64,000 bases of DNA from the human T2T-CHM13v2.0 reference genome, Homo sapiens (GCF_009914755.1 NC_060939.1), one strand, 5' to 3'; counted from the stretch's first letter, positions 27,883 through 49,015 are shown. Translations and numbers: made by a program. Notes: generated by a model not told the origin, from the sequence alone.

Positions 27883-28056
27883 TGCTCCCACAGCTGTGGC
27901 AGAGGTTCCTCAGTGTGGGACATGCAGCATGTGGACACATGGGCCCTCTGGCCACTGTGGCCCTTCCATTGTCAGCCTGGACCTGCCAAGCTGCCTGTGC
28001 ACTGGCCCTGCGGGGCCCAGCCCTGCCTCAGCTGGTACATGTCTTCCTGGAGGGAG
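27883..28056 (+). pseudogene. ADAMTS7P1: ADAMTS7P exon 21-equivalent (CSHSCGRG...SSWRE)
   Basis: AG/GT bounded TSR exon. Confidence 0.9.
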
Positions 28057-28136
28057 GTGAGGCCTGGGCGTTGAGTTGGGGGGAGGGGACACCCTCAGAC
28101 CCTGGCTGTGCCCTGACTCCTTCCCTGCCCACCCAG

Positions 28137-28283
28137 TGCTCCAAGGCCTGTGGCGGTGGTGAGCAGCAGCGTCTGGTGACCTGCCCAGAGCCAGACCTCT
28201 GCGAGGAGGCACTGAGACCCAACACCACCCGGCCCTGCAACACCCACCCCTGCACACAGTGGGTGGTGGGGCCCTGGGGCCAG
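28137..28283 (+). pseudogene. ADAMTS7P1: ADAMTS7P exon 22-equivalent (CSKACGGGEQQRLVTC...WVVGPWGQ)
   Basis: AG/GT bounded TSR exon. Confidence 0.9.
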
Positions 28284-29442
28284 GTGAGCCAGGCTGCGGG
28301 GGGGAGCAGGGAGCAAGTGCTTGGTAGCGCCTGGTCAGTCCTGGGTTGGGTGAAGGAGCTGTGGAGTGTGTGCTGTGAGCCAGGCTGTCTGTGGCCCCTG
28401 CACATGCAGCAGTCACTGGACAAAGCCCTGCCATGCTGGTGCTCACACCTGACAGGGAGAAACAGACAAGGAAAGGGCATGTGTGCTGTGATGTCAGGGA
28501 AGGCCTTCCGAGGAGGGGTCTGGGGTTGAGACCCGAGGGAGGAGTCAGTGATGCCAAGGACAGGGATCGAGGGGGGACAGCAGGTGTGAAGTCTGAGGCA
28601 GGAATGATGAGCTTGGGGAGATCAGGGAGCCCAGCAAAGGCCAGCGGCAGAAGGGGGCAGAAGAGGGGCCTCGTATGGGCAGGACACCTTCTGCTGGGCC
28701 TGTTTGGAACTGAGGGGTTCAGAAATCTCAGATTTGGGCCCTGAGCTGGGTCCGGGAGTCAGCTGGGCCAGCGTTTGAGTCTGTCCGACTGGCTGCTGAG
28801 TGACTCTGGGCAGGTTGCTTTGCTTTGCTGGGTCAGTTTTCTCATCTGTAAAATTGGGACGCTTTGGGAGAGGAGGGTCAGGAGGATTAAATGGAGGAAC
28901 GCAACAAAGCACAGGGCCGGGCACAGCACGACACTGGCACAGACTCAGCACATGTTTAGGGCTTTCAGACCTGCACCTGTTAACAACAAAGCCTGGCGGG
29001 CTGGGCCCCGGCTGTGAAATTGTCTCCACCCCTCCTGCCCATGGGCTGCGGCAGGTCCTCTGCCCTGTCCCTCGGGCACAGCGGTGTCTCGCCCACATCT
29101 CTGCCCACTGCTGCATCAGGGCTCCATCCCGGGGCCCCTGCCCAGGCCTCTCAGTCATGTCCCGTGTGAGGGGCTCACTGCCCTGCCGCCCCAAGGGCTG
29201 TCCCATGGTTCTCATGCCCCTTCCCTCTGCAGCAGCCGATCCCACAAGTGAGAGTGGGGTTCCAGCACCAAGTGGGCTCTAGGAATGGGAACAGGTCCTC
29301 CAGGAGGCACTGAGAGGGCGGCTGGGAGCAAGGGCAGGCCAGTCAGGCACAGGGCGCAGGGACGGCTTCCCAGAGGAGGTGTCCCTGCCCCCACTGCTAG
29401 GGCTGGCCCTGGAGACACTCATTCCTCCCCTGCTCCCCCCAG

Positions 29443-29610
29443 TGCTCAGGCCCCTGTGGTGGTGGCATCCAGTGGTCACACACTGGTCAAGTGTGTCAAC
29501 ACCCAGACGGGGCTACCCGAGGAAGACAGTGACCAGTGTGGCCACGAGGCCTGGCCTTGTGAGCTCCCGGCTGTGTGGCACCGAGGATTGTGAGCCCGTC
29601 GAGCCTCCCC
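29443..29610 (+). pseudogene. ADAMTS7P1: ADAMTS7P exon 23-equivalent with two small insertions
   Basis: CSGPCGGGIQ / LVKCVNTQTGLPEEDSDQCGHEAWP / CGTEDCEPVEPP lie in three frames. Confidence 0.88.
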
Positions 29611-32363
29611 GTGAGTCCCCCGACCCCAAGCTCTCTGCTGAAGTGAGGTGGGGCGGGAAGGGTGATGGGGAAATTGGGTCTTCAAACCATTGCACCCACG
29701 GCACCGGCTGGCTCCATCTGTAGTCTGGGCTCAGGAGCCACTGAAAATCCTGATGCCACAGGATCCCATGCTGGAGGCTTGGCTGTGCTGGGAGTCAGTC
29801 AAGAGAAGTCCCAGCTACACAACATCCTGCAGGCAGCTTTCTGACCTCCAGTGAGTAGAGAGAGTGGCCTTGGCCCCTGATTTGCTGTGTGAACCTGGGT
29901 AAGCTCTTTCCCCTCTGGGTCTCAGTCTTCCCATAGTGAGACCAGGGATGTCCCTGAAGCTGTGTGAAAACTGGGCCTGGGTGAGTCCCTGTCCCCTCCC
30001 CAGCCCTAGCCTGTCCATTCCCTGGCCAGAGGACTGCCTAGAGTGAGCAATGGAACCACAGGAAGGGCCTCCCTTCCAGGGTCCTGCTAATCCCAGTGGT
30101 GGGGGGTTTCCTGGCCAGCTGGGTCCTGGTGGAAGGGCCTGAGCTAGAGGTGGTTCTGGATATCCCAACCCCCCACCTCCAACACACACACACACACACT
30201 CACACACTTCCTGCAGCCCCAGCTGCTCTCAGCAGTGCTGAGGGCAGGAAATGGGGTGGCCCTGGAGTGTCACCTGGGCTCCCCTCACCAGCTGTGTGGC
30301 CTTGGGCTCCATTTCCCTCTCAGGGCCTTCATGTGCTGAATAAAGGGGCTGCCAAGCCCCATCCTTGCATAAGTGAGGTCTGGGCATGAAGGGCACAGCA
30401 CTGCGTGGGGATCCAGGTGGTGCTCAGGGAAGGCGGCTTTTTCCCCTCCCGCAAAGCCACTGTCATCCCCCATTGCAAGGTCAGGGAGAGGGCCTGGGGC
30501 TGACCCTGCCAGTCTAAGGAATCCAGGAGCTGTGGCCTGAAGAGCTGCGGCCCCTGTGCTATTGGCTGTCTGCCCCCTGACCCTAGGACAGAGTCCTCAG
30601 CCACGGCCCTCAAACTGGCATTCGGGGCCCCCTGCAGTCTCCCCAGTCTGCCTTCTCCCCTTATCCAATGCGCCTTCTCTACCTGCGCTGGCTCCTGGGC
30701 AGCCCTCATTTGGGCTCAGAGTGGCCCCTGCCATGCCTCGCTGCCATGCCTTGCTACCCTGCCTCTGGCAGGGGTGGCCTTCCTGCCACAAACCCCATTA
30801 CCTCAAGGCCAAGTGGCAGTGCCCCCACCCTGTCCTGCCTGCCCTCAGCACGCACCCAGCCAGCATCTCAGAGCACTCCTGTGTGCTGCCTGAGCTGGGT
30901 GCTGGCATCACATCTCTCGCCTTCATGGCTAGAGCTGGCCACAGGGAGTGGGGTGGTTATGATCCCAGGGGATGAGGACCAGATGGAGCAGAGAACAGGA
31001 ACTGAGGCCCCTGGGGGCCTAGAACCAAGGACAGATGGCCCAGGAGGCTCTGGGCTTGTAAGGTCTCCCAGGGGCGGGTATGAGTGGGCTGCAGGGAGTG
31101 GGCTATGGGGGCTGGTTAGGTGGCTGAACTAGAAGCTGTCCTAAGTGAGGAGTTTTCTGCCACCAGTGAACAGTGGAGGGGCAGCTGGGAAGGTGTCTTG
31201 GACTTTGAGACCTGGAATTCCCAGGATGTTTTGCTGGTCTGTGGGACAGTTGGCGGGACGGGGGAAAGCCAGGAAACTCCAGAGTGTGCGGTCGCTGCAG
31301 TGACACAGCATGGCCACATCCATTTGCTGTGGAGGTGGGGTTGACAGAGGAGGGAACCAAGGCCCAAGAGGTGAAGCAGCTTGTCTGAGGTCACCCCGGG
31401 CGACCAGGATGCAGGCCTGCAGATGTGCACTTTGGAGCTCTGCCTGGAGCTGGGGTGGAGGAGCCTGCCTGCTGCCTCGTGCCCTCTGCCGGGCCTGAGG
31501 GATGTCCCTGGCACAGGGCTGGCTGCTGTCCTCCTGCTCTTCCTCCCCAGGGAGGTCTGCTGGAGTAAGCAGGGCCCAGGCGGCAGGTGGGGGCTGTCAG
31601 CAGTGGCAGTGGCATCAGGAGCAAGGCCAGGAGGCTGGAAACAAGCCACTTCCCAAAATAGCTCTGATAACCACGGGGCAGGAGGGCCCAGCCAAGCCTC
31701 AGCCCTGACAACCACAGCCTGCAGCCGGCCTCCCTCCCCACTGGGCCTGGGCTTAGTCCCTGGTTTCCGCTGACAGCCTGTAGGGCCCACTCTCTCTAGG
31801 CTTCGTGGCCCACCTGGGAAATGGGAGGCTGGCCTGGGAGATGCGACCTGTGACTCAGAACCCGAGGCTGAGTACAGCCCCTGTGGCTGGAGGTGGTCAC
31901 GGAGGCCTGGCAGGACAGATGCACTGGGGCAGGGGGCGGTGGCGGGAGTCGGGGGCAGAGGCCACTGCAGGCTGGCAGGAGGCCCCGGGACCGCAGTTCT
32001 GTGCCAGGATCTGTCGGGGAACACCAGGGGTGAGCAAGGATGGAGATGGGGTGGCAAGGCGTCGCCCTGGGCAGGCTCTTTAACAGGCATGTGAGGGGGT
32101 CAGGGTGCGGTCTCAGGACCTTTCCTCCAGAAACCTCAGCCCAGCAGCGCCCGTTCTCGAGTCCTGGGGTCGGCCGTGAGTAGGTGGGACAGAGACACCA
32201 ACAGTTGGAGACCTGCAAGTCCAGTTTGGGAGCCGCTCCAGAAACTGGGGCTCTCTGCTTGGTGGGGAGCTGCTGGAGCCTCCTTGAGGTGGTTGGGGTG
32301 GGGAGCCAGGTTCTGGGTACCCCAAACCACTGGTTCTGATGCCTCTCTGCCCCCCCACTCCAG

Positions 32364-32521
32364 GCTGTGAGCGGGACCGCCTGTCCTTCGGGTTCTGTGA
32401 GACACTGCGCCTACTGGGCCGCTGCCAGCTGCCCACCGTCTGCACCCAGTGCTGCCGCTCGTGCTCTCCGCCCAGCCACGGCTCCCCCTCCCGAGGCCAT
32501 CAGCGGGTCACCCGCCACTGA
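32364..32521 (+). pseudogene. ADAMTS7P1: ADAMTS7P last coding exon (PLAC domain, CERDRLSFGFCETLRLLGRC...CCRSC, TGA)
   Basis: PLAC cysteine pattern; native-position stop; 3'UTR follows. Confidence 0.9.
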
Positions 32522-33739
32522 CGGTGCCAGGATGCACAGACCGACCGACAGACCTCAGTGCCCACCACGGGCTGTGGCGGAGCTCCCGCCCCCTACGCCC
32601 TAATGGTGCTAACCCCCTCTCACTACCCAGCGGCAGGCTGGGGAGCTCCTCCCCCTCGAAAAAGGTATTTTTTTATTCTAACAGTTTGTGTAACATTTAT
32701 TATGATTTTACATAAATGAGCATCTACCATACTAAAGCACAGTGTGACTTCATCTTGGATTTGGGGAATCTTAAAAGTGAGAAACTCTTCCCCCGACCCC
32801 TCTGCCCAAAACTCCACCGCTGCAGCACCTCGGCAGGCGCGGCTTTTCACCTGCTCCTCTGGGGCAGATCTGCAGGGGGCAGCGTAGCAAACGAGTCCCT
32901 GAGAGCATGGCATCTGGTGAGGCACGGAAGGCCTCGGAAGCCAGAGGGCTGCTGCCCAGGGAGGCCTGTCTGCAGAGGGTGGGGTTCTGGGGGCAGGAAG
33001 GTCTTCTGGGCAGGGGCACAGCTTGGCCCTTACTTGCTGCCTGCCTTCAGCTCAGGCTCCCAGCCTTCCCTGGGGCCCCACTCTGTGGTCCTCAGAGACC
33101 TGTTCCACAGGGATTGAGCCCACCTTGTCACTTGCAGGGACTGCCCCCTGGAGTGGTGGGGACTGGGGCCCCCATGGGCACCTCCCTGGCTCTGTCTGTT
33201 CTATCTGTTGACTCTTCTGCAAAAAGCGGGCAGAGAGGGGAAGAGCAGGCTGGCCAATTTTGCCCTACTGTGTCCCCACGTGTCCCTTCATCTCTGTGCC
33301 CAGAGATAGGGCTGGGCTAATTGCCACTGCCTTGGGTTGGCCCCTTTCCCACCACCAGCCCAAGCAACAGGTTCCTACCATGCTGATCTATGGTCCAGCA
33401 CCTGGCACCTGCCTACCCACAGCCCCTTCCCCTCCCATAAAATCTAGTCCCATGGAGCCAGACAGTAGTGCCCACAGCAGGGAACAGATGGGCATGAAGG
33501 TGCTTTGAAGAGGGTCCTGGCCTGACCAGGGGCGGGAGGCTGGAGAAGGGGCGGACACTGTCCTCCCAGGCCCAGGCCCAGCCCTGGATCCGACCCTGGC
33601 CTCTGGCTGTGAGCCTTAGACTCAGCCGTTGACAATTTCCTCCTCAGCCCTCCCCCTGGAAGGTGTTACGCCCCTTCTACAGGTGGGGGACACTAAGGTT
33701 CAGAGAGGCCACCCTGCAGCCTACAGGGGTCACCTCTCA

Positions 33740-34327
<588 letters not shown>

Positions 34328-35939
34328 TCAACATGCTCACCTCATTTCACACCAACACGCCCCATTCTCAGAGGAGGAGCCCAAGGCCCTAAGAGGAAGT
34401 AACTGGCCCAAGGACACATGCCCTAGTGACACAGGCCCATCCTAGGCGCCGACTGCCCACCTCCAAGTTCCAGGCCACTCTGAGCAGGTGAAAGAGGGAG
34501 AGGGCCCCAAGCAGGCCCCAGCTATGGCTTTGCACAGAGAGGGCAGCCTGCCAGAGTTCACGCAGGAAAGCAAGTTGCTGGGAAGGCTAGCGTGAGTCCC
34601 AGCCCCGCTGTGCTGACCGAGGGTGGAGGAGCGTCAGACGTGCTTCCTGTCTGTCTGCAGCAGCCAGGCTGGCCCAGCAAGACCTGGGGACCCACGCTCT
34701 GAGTCATGGGTTCCCAGGCCTTAGTCAGAACTGCCCCTGGTGGCAGTCCCTTCCAAGGGGTAAGGAGCAGGGCCTGTCGACTTGCTCCTGACCCACACAC
34801 TGAACCAGTCCCTAGGAACATCATCCTGGGCATGCCATACCTGTCGTGCAGTCTCAGTCATGCTGCCAGGGCAGGTATCCAGCTCCCAGCCTGGGAGTGC
34901 TGAGAGCCAAATCCACTGCAAAGCAGGGCTGATAGTCAGGGCCCCACCTCATCTATCTGTCGGCAATCCAGTGGTATCTAGGTGAGAGTCCCATACACAC
35001 GGTCATCCCACAACACACTCCACACTCCACAGGCCAGGCGGGGACACACAGCCCCCTTCCCTCCCTCCCAGGTACCACCATAGCTGCTAGTGTGTGACCG
35101 AAGGCAGGGTCCCTGGCCCCCGCTGAATCACTATCGCCGACCAGCAGGCTCACACACCTTGGCCTGTTGCTCCTAGGGGTCGCCTGTGCTATTCAGCCAA
35201 GGGGACCACAGTGCCTGCTGGCCCAGCTGAGCTCCGCCTAGCGAGCCCACCTGCCTCTCCTGCCATGGACTCTCCCTCTTCTGCTTTTCCCAGCAGGAAG
35301 GGCCCAGCCTCACCTATGCAACCTGCAGCCCCACGCCCGCCAACCAGTTGAGGCTCCCCTCTTAGACTTATAAGTCTATGGCCAGTGGCATCCAGCTACC
35401 TGCCCTCCCTGCCTTCCCCAGGGTCCCTTCAGAGGACCCTGGGATTTTGGACCACCCAGAGGGGCCTCTGGCACTCACTCCAGTCATCCATCCCTTATAG
35501 CTTCACCATTTTTGGTTCAAGCAGTGTTCCCTTTCTATCAGGCCTGGTGGCTGTTGGGTGGGGCTCCCCAAGCAAGAGGTGGCCCTGGGCCGTGAGTTGG
35601 AAGACAGGGTGACCAGAGAAGAGAGAAGCCCGAGGGGGCTGAGCATTCATCTGAACTATGGGTGGACTGCCTGGGTGCCATGAAAGAGGCCAGCGTGTGT
35701 GGGGTGGGGAGGGCCGCCGCAGTCCCCAGGCACTACCTATGAAGCTCCGGCTTCTCCCTCCATCTTCCTCCCCTTTCCCTTCCAGCCCCTCTTTTCCAGG
35801 AACCTTGCCATGCCCACACCTACGCCCTCCCCTCCCCGGCCCTCCACAGCTGCTGCAGCGCATCCATACTCTGCACTTGCCTCACCAGCTCTGGCTTTTC
35901 TCTAACCCGTTTTCTCTCTGCTTTCTCTCCAACTGCCAG

Positions 35940-36330
35940 CTGATTGGGTCAGGCAAGTCCATCCCATCCGGGGAGCCCCAGGCCCCACTTCGACCTCTAA
36001 ACAGATTCCTCCTCTTCTCAGAGACCTCCCTTTCCAAGCCTGCCTGGGTGGGTGTCCTGTGACTTGACAGTGGCTCCCCCAGCCCCAAAGCCAGCCCCCT
36101 TCTTCTGTGACTTAGTCTGTTGTAGTGGTGAGCTGACACATCCAGGTGTGACCGTTGCTGAAAACTTGTGCCCCCTCTGTGGTATGCCCCTGCCCTGTTC
36201 TATAAATAGCTATAAATTATCATATATATACACATACACAAACTCACACACACACACACATATATATATATACACATATACATGTGGTCGACTGCCTCGC
36301 CTCTAGCACTGGGAATCAGTCCCCGTGCTG
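35940..36330 (+). pseudogene. Dynamin-1 (DNM1) pseudogene fragment: last exon and start of 3'UTR
   Basis: Polypyrimidine-cag then *LGQASPSHPGSPRPHFDL* (35940-36000), matching the DNM1 C-terminus [20 protein letters not shown]; convergent with GOLGA as at ancestral 9q34. DNM1P number and 3' limit not assignable. Confidence 0.85.
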
Positions 36331-37146
36331 TGCTTGTGGAGTCTTGTAGCCCAGCAAGAGGAAGCTGTCTCCTGACATCGCCCCTCCAAAGTGCACCACC
36401 TCCAGTGAGCTTCCGGGACATGCGCGGCCTATGGACAGCCAGCCCCCGCCATCCCTCCCGCCCTTCTGGCCAAGCATGGCGGTGCTGTGCAGGCAGCTGT
36501 GTGGCCTGACAGTCTCTACCAGTCCTGCTGTCCCTCGGCTGAGAAACCCATTTCTGAATGACAGAGAATGTGTCCTCTGCTGGCTGTGTTCTCTATGGAG
36601 CTCAGGGGAGGGAAGAGGCCAAGCCATTTTTAGGGTGCTGTTGGCAGCAGTGAAAAGGTCACACCCTTTTCAAGGGACACTTTTCCTGGAAAGTCCCTGG
36701 AGCTTAGCTGGCTCTTATTCTGTGAAGCCGGCTCTGGCCAGTAGGGCACAGGGCCCTGAACTCAGCCTGGAAGGAGCCTGTGGGGCAGCCGGCACTCTGG
36801 AGGGACAGACAGGCCACCCGGTGCAGACAGGAGAGGGAGGCAGGGGGACGGAATGGAAGATACGTGGGGTGGATGGAAGTCAGTGCCCTTGGGCACTGGT
36901 ATCTGTCTTCCTGACCACAGCTAGATCAGGCTTCTCAACCTGTTGGCTCTCAGGGCCGGACTATACTCCAGAGGCGCCATGGCAGTCCTCGTGAAATCCA
37001 CCAGGTATCACCAGGCAGCATACAGGTAACAGGCCTGGAAGATTCCCCACAGCCCAGCTGGACATGCTGAGACACTCTGGGGCTCCTCATTGAGTGGGAA
37101 AAACTGCAGGACCCAGTGAGGGAAACAGGAACATGCCAGGCCGAGC

Positions 37147-37785
37147 AGTATGGCTAAATCCATTTATTCCAAAATCAAAAGCGAACCAAAACAAAAACAA
37201 AAAAACAAAACAAAACAAAAAAGGGGTCCCATCACCAGGGAGCCATGACGCCATCCCCACCCCCATCATCGCTCCTATGCTAACAACGAATAAGTTTCCC
37301 AGCCGTGAATAATTATAAGAACCTCTTCCTCATATGCCAGCTGCAACCTCCGCTAGGTACAATACAGAATGTTACACAGCTACAGTATGTACACGGGGGA
37401 AGGGGGGCCACCCCCAGCAGCCTGTGCCCTGGCCTGGTCTACAGTTAACTCCACTGTCCCGCCTCAGCTGCCTCTCTGAGTAAGAAGATGGGAGCCCCCT
37501 TGAGGGAAAAGTTGCTTTGGTGAGAGTAAGAAGGCCGTCAGACCTCCTCCAAACAAACCAACTCCACCAACCTCTGGCTCTTAAATAACATCATCATCCA
37601 GAAATGTAAGGACTCAGCCTTGGTCAAGGTGGTAAAGGGTCTGTTTGTCTCCCTCCATTAGACAAGGGTCTTGTCTTGCTACCCTAATGGTAAAGGGCTG
37701 ACTGGGGAGGGGTTGTAGGGACATGGTGGGGGTGAAGACTCCAGACCCACTTCTCCAGGCTTATGCTGACAGGGGCCTGCTTTTA
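37147..37785 (-). other. GOLGA2-derived distal 3'UTR with AATAAA (37162-37167 on -)
   Basis: Minus strand resembles the recalled GOLGA2 3'UTR, ending ggAATAAAtggatttagccatac. Confidence 0.65.
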
Positions 37786-40700
37786 TTTATTTTTATTTTT
37801 ATCCCATGATGTTTTTTTAAATCCCGTAACTTCTTTTTCAGAACTTTTTAAAAAAACTTTTCATAAAACTTTTTTTTTTTACTTTTTTCCCACATCTTTT
37901 TTTGCCACAACTTTTCCACAGTATTTTTTATCCCGTAACTTTTTCATCCCACAACTTTAATTCCTGTAATTTTTTAGTTTGTGTTCTTTTAATAAACACA
38001 CTTACATGGTTACAATTTTGTAAGAATAAAAACCGATTATCTCATGCCAAGCATGCCCAGCATTTGCACAGTCTCAATACCTTTAATACTATAGTTTTCA
38101 AGACACACAAAATTTTTAGGCAAAACAGCACCTTGAAACAATCTAATAATTTATTACATTACAGTAGCATCACAGAAGCAGTCAATAATGCCACTTTAGA
38201 CAAAAATCAGTATTTCCATCATGCATTCTGTGTATAAGAATTCATAAATCGGTAAAAGTCGTTCTAAGAAAACTTGGCAAATACAGCTTTGGACTGGAAT
38301 TGGCATTTCTTTCTCTACTTTTCCTTCCCCTAGATTCTTTGTTTTAAGCTACAGTATTCGTATTTTAAAATGTTTTAAATTATTTTAAGACATTAATTTA
38401 ACAGTTACATTTTTGAATAGTTATTTGAAAGTGACTGTAAGATAAAGTTTTAGAGAATCTATTTTGGATAGGGTTGATTTACATTTTCACATTTTCTAAA
38501 AATCAGCTTTGGTTTTAGAACTGATTGTTTTTCATTTCAGGAAAACCTATCAGGTTTAATCTATTACTTTAAAAATAATTATCATATATTGCAGTCTTTA
38601 AATAGGTATTTTGATTCTTTACTTCCTACAGAAATTCAAATTTATTCAGTCAAACTCACATTTTAAAATTCTCTCTTTCTGCTGAACTCTAACCTTCTAA
38701 TATTGCCTTCTAAGCAAATTGAAAGCTGCCTTATACTGAATGAGGAAGAGAACAAATACTTGGCTGAATGAGGTACTGCAAGAGACTGCATGCACTTTGA
38801 AGAAAGACTTGAGTTATTGTCATAGGATTTCCATTCTCTTTAGCTTTTTCTTAAACATATGACAAAATACCTACACAGAGAGTGGTATTTGAGTTAATAT
38901 AGTACATTTATTTTTCAGACTGACATTCAGCTTAAATATGCCAGTATGTGATTTAATCCACAGGTACCTGATGAACACATTATTGTCAGATTGGTTACAG
39001 TTGCTAAACGCTATCTGAAGGTCATTCCTAGTCATTTATACGTGTCAGGGTAAAAGTGAAGCGATTTGAACTATAAAAATACCTTTGAAATAATTTATCA
39101 ATGTATTAGATAAGCTCAGTTTCAGAATGATAAACAAAAACTGTTAGACCAAATAACGTGGCTAATTAACAGTGGTACGATTTCTAGCCCGAGGGTTTAA
39201 AATGGAGTTAAAGTAAGTGTCTTTAAACTGAACTCAAAGAATGCAAAAGCGGCAAGTTCAGACAAGGCAAGAACAGGACCTTTAGTCCATTTTAAGCCAT
39301 AAATATTACACAAAATATGCCTCTAACTGAAACTGAGAGGTATAAAAACATATTTCACTCTTCGTAAAGAACTTTGTGAGGAAATATAACTCTGTGATTG
39401 TATAGACACTTTCCTCATGACACTTTGACAGTCACAAACAGTAGATTGCGCTGCAGTTTGTAAACATTTTACGTTGCATAAACTGCTCCTTGATTTTCAA
39501 ATGTAGTATAATACTGTCTACTAAAACTCCTTTTTGTTTCAACTAAGTACTCTCACATATATTAGTTTATAATAATGTTTGTTATTATTTTTAAAGTGTT
39601 CTCCATTCAAGGAAAAGAAGTAAATTCCTATGTCAGATGGTTGAAGACTAGCTATTAGCCAGAGAGGTCTAGATGGTAAAATCCATCTTCTAGCCTCAGA
39701 TAAGCTCCATGAACACAGAGGAATGCCAGGTGTCACACAGCTTTCCTTCACTCGAATTCATTCTTGACTAGAGCCTGTATATGCCTGTTCCAGGGGCATT
39801 TAAACTCTTAAAGGATTTCTTCTGATCTTTACTAAATACATTAAGGAGAACGCCAACCAGTGCCCTTTTGTGTACTGGGACATGTAGTCATGTGATTAAA
39901 ACAGGGAACATGAACTCTGACTTTAAAATGTATTGTAGATATAAATGCTCTCAGCTAGAAAAGGTTTTCCACATCCACAGTCATGATGGGAGCCTTTCAT
40001 TCCTCAGAAATAATCCCTTTTCAGGTCATCAAAAAAGAGTACAACTGCCACAGCTCATGAGGCAGTATCTTCATGAGCCCAGAGCACATACAAATCCTAA
40101 GGGAACTACCGTAGTACAGCGCTCATTCTTGGCACCGGAACAAATGAAACATATTCTATCCTGCACACACCTGCCAAAGCAGGCCACTTTCCTCTTCTGG
40201 GAGATTTAAAAACCTCCCCAAAATGTTATTACTCCCATCCCCAATACACAGAAAAAGGGGGAAAGGCTGTTTCCAGTGCTCCACCTTTAAACAACTGTAA
40301 ATGTCAGTACTCACAGTGGCATATTACAAAGTAATAGACCGCGCACTTGAGGGCAAACCACATATTGAGCTAATGAAGAGCTCACTGTGATTAGGATTCG
40401 ATCAAACATAACAGCAGAACATAAGGAAATTTTATCTGAATTCCGTAATGAATATACAGGCTGTACTAACATTAAAAAAGCATGGCAGCCTATCCCAAAC
40501 CAGCAAGAACAGTTGTGTGCATACAGTGGGTCTTTGTGTGTTTGAACTCCCACCACATAAGGGCAAACTCGATATGCATGCTAACGTCCTATAATTATCA
40601 AATTAAAAAAATGCTAAAAGATGCCAGAGTGAACATGAGAGAAAGACCCACTCTCATTTAACTTTTTACAAATAAATTTAAATTATAAATTAGAAACACA

Positions 40701-40888
40701 AATAAATTTAAACTATAAATTAGAAACACAAATAAATTTAAATTATAAATTAGAAACACAAATAAATTTAAACTATAAATTAGAAACACAAATAAACATA
40801 AGTGGCTCTAACATTCAAATGAAGTAAATGAATTGTGTAGGATATTAACCCCTTAAATGTTTTGTTTTTTTTTTTTTCAATTTCTTGA
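37786..40888 (-). mobile_element. ~3.1-kb retrotransposed 3'UTR-like insert after the GOLGA stop codon (probably the ITSN2-derived part of the chr15 core duplicon)
   Basis: AT-rich, ATTAAA then A-rich tail on -, flanked by TAAGAGCGGG / TAAAAGCAGG; ITSN2 origin is from literature knowledge, not read from the sequence. Confidence 0.55.
40668..40796. repeat. 30-bp AT-rich tandem repeat x4.3
   Basis: acaaataaatttaaa(t/c)tataaattagaaac. Confidence 0.95.
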
Positions 40889-40895
40889 CCCGCTC

Positions 40896-47495
<6,600 letters not shown>

Positions 47496-47559
47496 CAGCG
47501 AAATACCAGTGAGCACTGCTCAATGCCTCCAGTCACCTACCAGGCAGCTGTGCAACTGA

Positions 47560-47790
47560 GCCACAGGTGGCGTAACCAGGGCACCAATGGAACGCAGAAT
47601 AGGGGCGTGGCCTTAATGCTCCAAGCCCATTGGTCAGTGAGAAAGATGAAAGGGAAAGGAGGCGTGGCCAGGCGCAGCATGTCCAGAGGGACCTGTGGCA
47701 TCATAAGGAAAGCTGCCCATGCAACCGCTGTCCCCGCCCACTCAGAGAAAGGGGAGGGGCCGCCCACTCTGGGAGAGGGGAAGGGCTGGG
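47560..47790 (-). promoter_or_regulatory. GOLGA6L proximal promoter
   Basis: CCAAT (47584) and ATTGG (47629) boxes plus several GC/GT boxes (ggggcgtggc, ccccgccc) just upstream of exon 1. Confidence 0.6.
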
Positions 47791-48130
47791 TTTTGCTTTA
47801 AAACTTTTAAAACTGTAAAAAATAAACTTTAAAAAATATATGTGTATATACTTTATATATATGTGTGTCTGTGTGTGTGTATCTATGTGTTCCTCCAGAG
47901 CTGTCTTCATTATGCAGCTTCTGTGCAAAGTCTGTGATTTTGGCCTATATTTTTCATCTTCAAATGGAGTACAAGAATTACCAGTATTACCTTAACTGAG
48001 ATATAGATCCTATAAAAATGGAAAATCCATAGCATGCTTGATGATTAATGAAGCCGACTATAGTATCCGACATTCCAATAAGACAAAATAATCACAACAA
48101 TTTCTCTTTTTTGGAAAAATGTTTGTCTTA

Positions 48131-48538
<408 letters not shown>

Positions 48539-48844
48539 TTAATAACCACTTAAAGCTCTTTACTGGTTTAAGAGAATTACAAGGCCCATTTTTCTAGAAT
48601 CACCTGGCCTCTCTAAGCCTTGCAAATGAAGCTGAATTTCTCACTTGATACTTGGCTATCACTTGCAGTCATGAAAACCAAGAATTTGTTATGTCACTGT
48701 GTATTGCTTGTTACCTGAAATCCACACTAGGCTGGGATCAAGGGTTGAATCTTTCATGATTTTCTCCATAACCTGTGTGCTTCTTATCCCACACCAAACT
48801 AAGCTTTTTTTCTAGAGCTCTGCAACTTACAGTTAGTATATGAG

Positions 48845-49015
48845 AGCAGTTCTCAAAAATGTAGTCTCTGGACTAGCAGCTCCAGCAGCACCTGGGAACT
48901 TCTTATAAATACACATCCTCCGGCCCCACCCTGGACCTGATGAATCAGAAACTCTGGAGTAGGGCTCAGCAATCTGTGCTGCAGTAATCCCTCCAGGTGT
49001 TCAAGAACCTCTGGC
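48845..49015. mobile_element. MER5A-like hAT element
   Basis: cagttctcaaa...cagcacctgggaact...gaatcagaaactctgg...gcaatctgtg. Confidence 0.7.

Noticed and set aside
27222-28529. 435-aa ORF on +
   Set aside because: GC-rich read-through across pseudogene introns; only exon 22 is in the ADAMTS7 frame.
31116-32090. 324-aa ORF on - in the last ADAMTS7P intron
   Set aside because: No recognisable domain; consistent with chance in GC-rich DNA.
35125-35148. gaatcactatcgccgacc resembling the DNM1 alternative RITISDP exon
   Set aside because: Only ~11 nt match from memory and no proper acceptor; cannot support.
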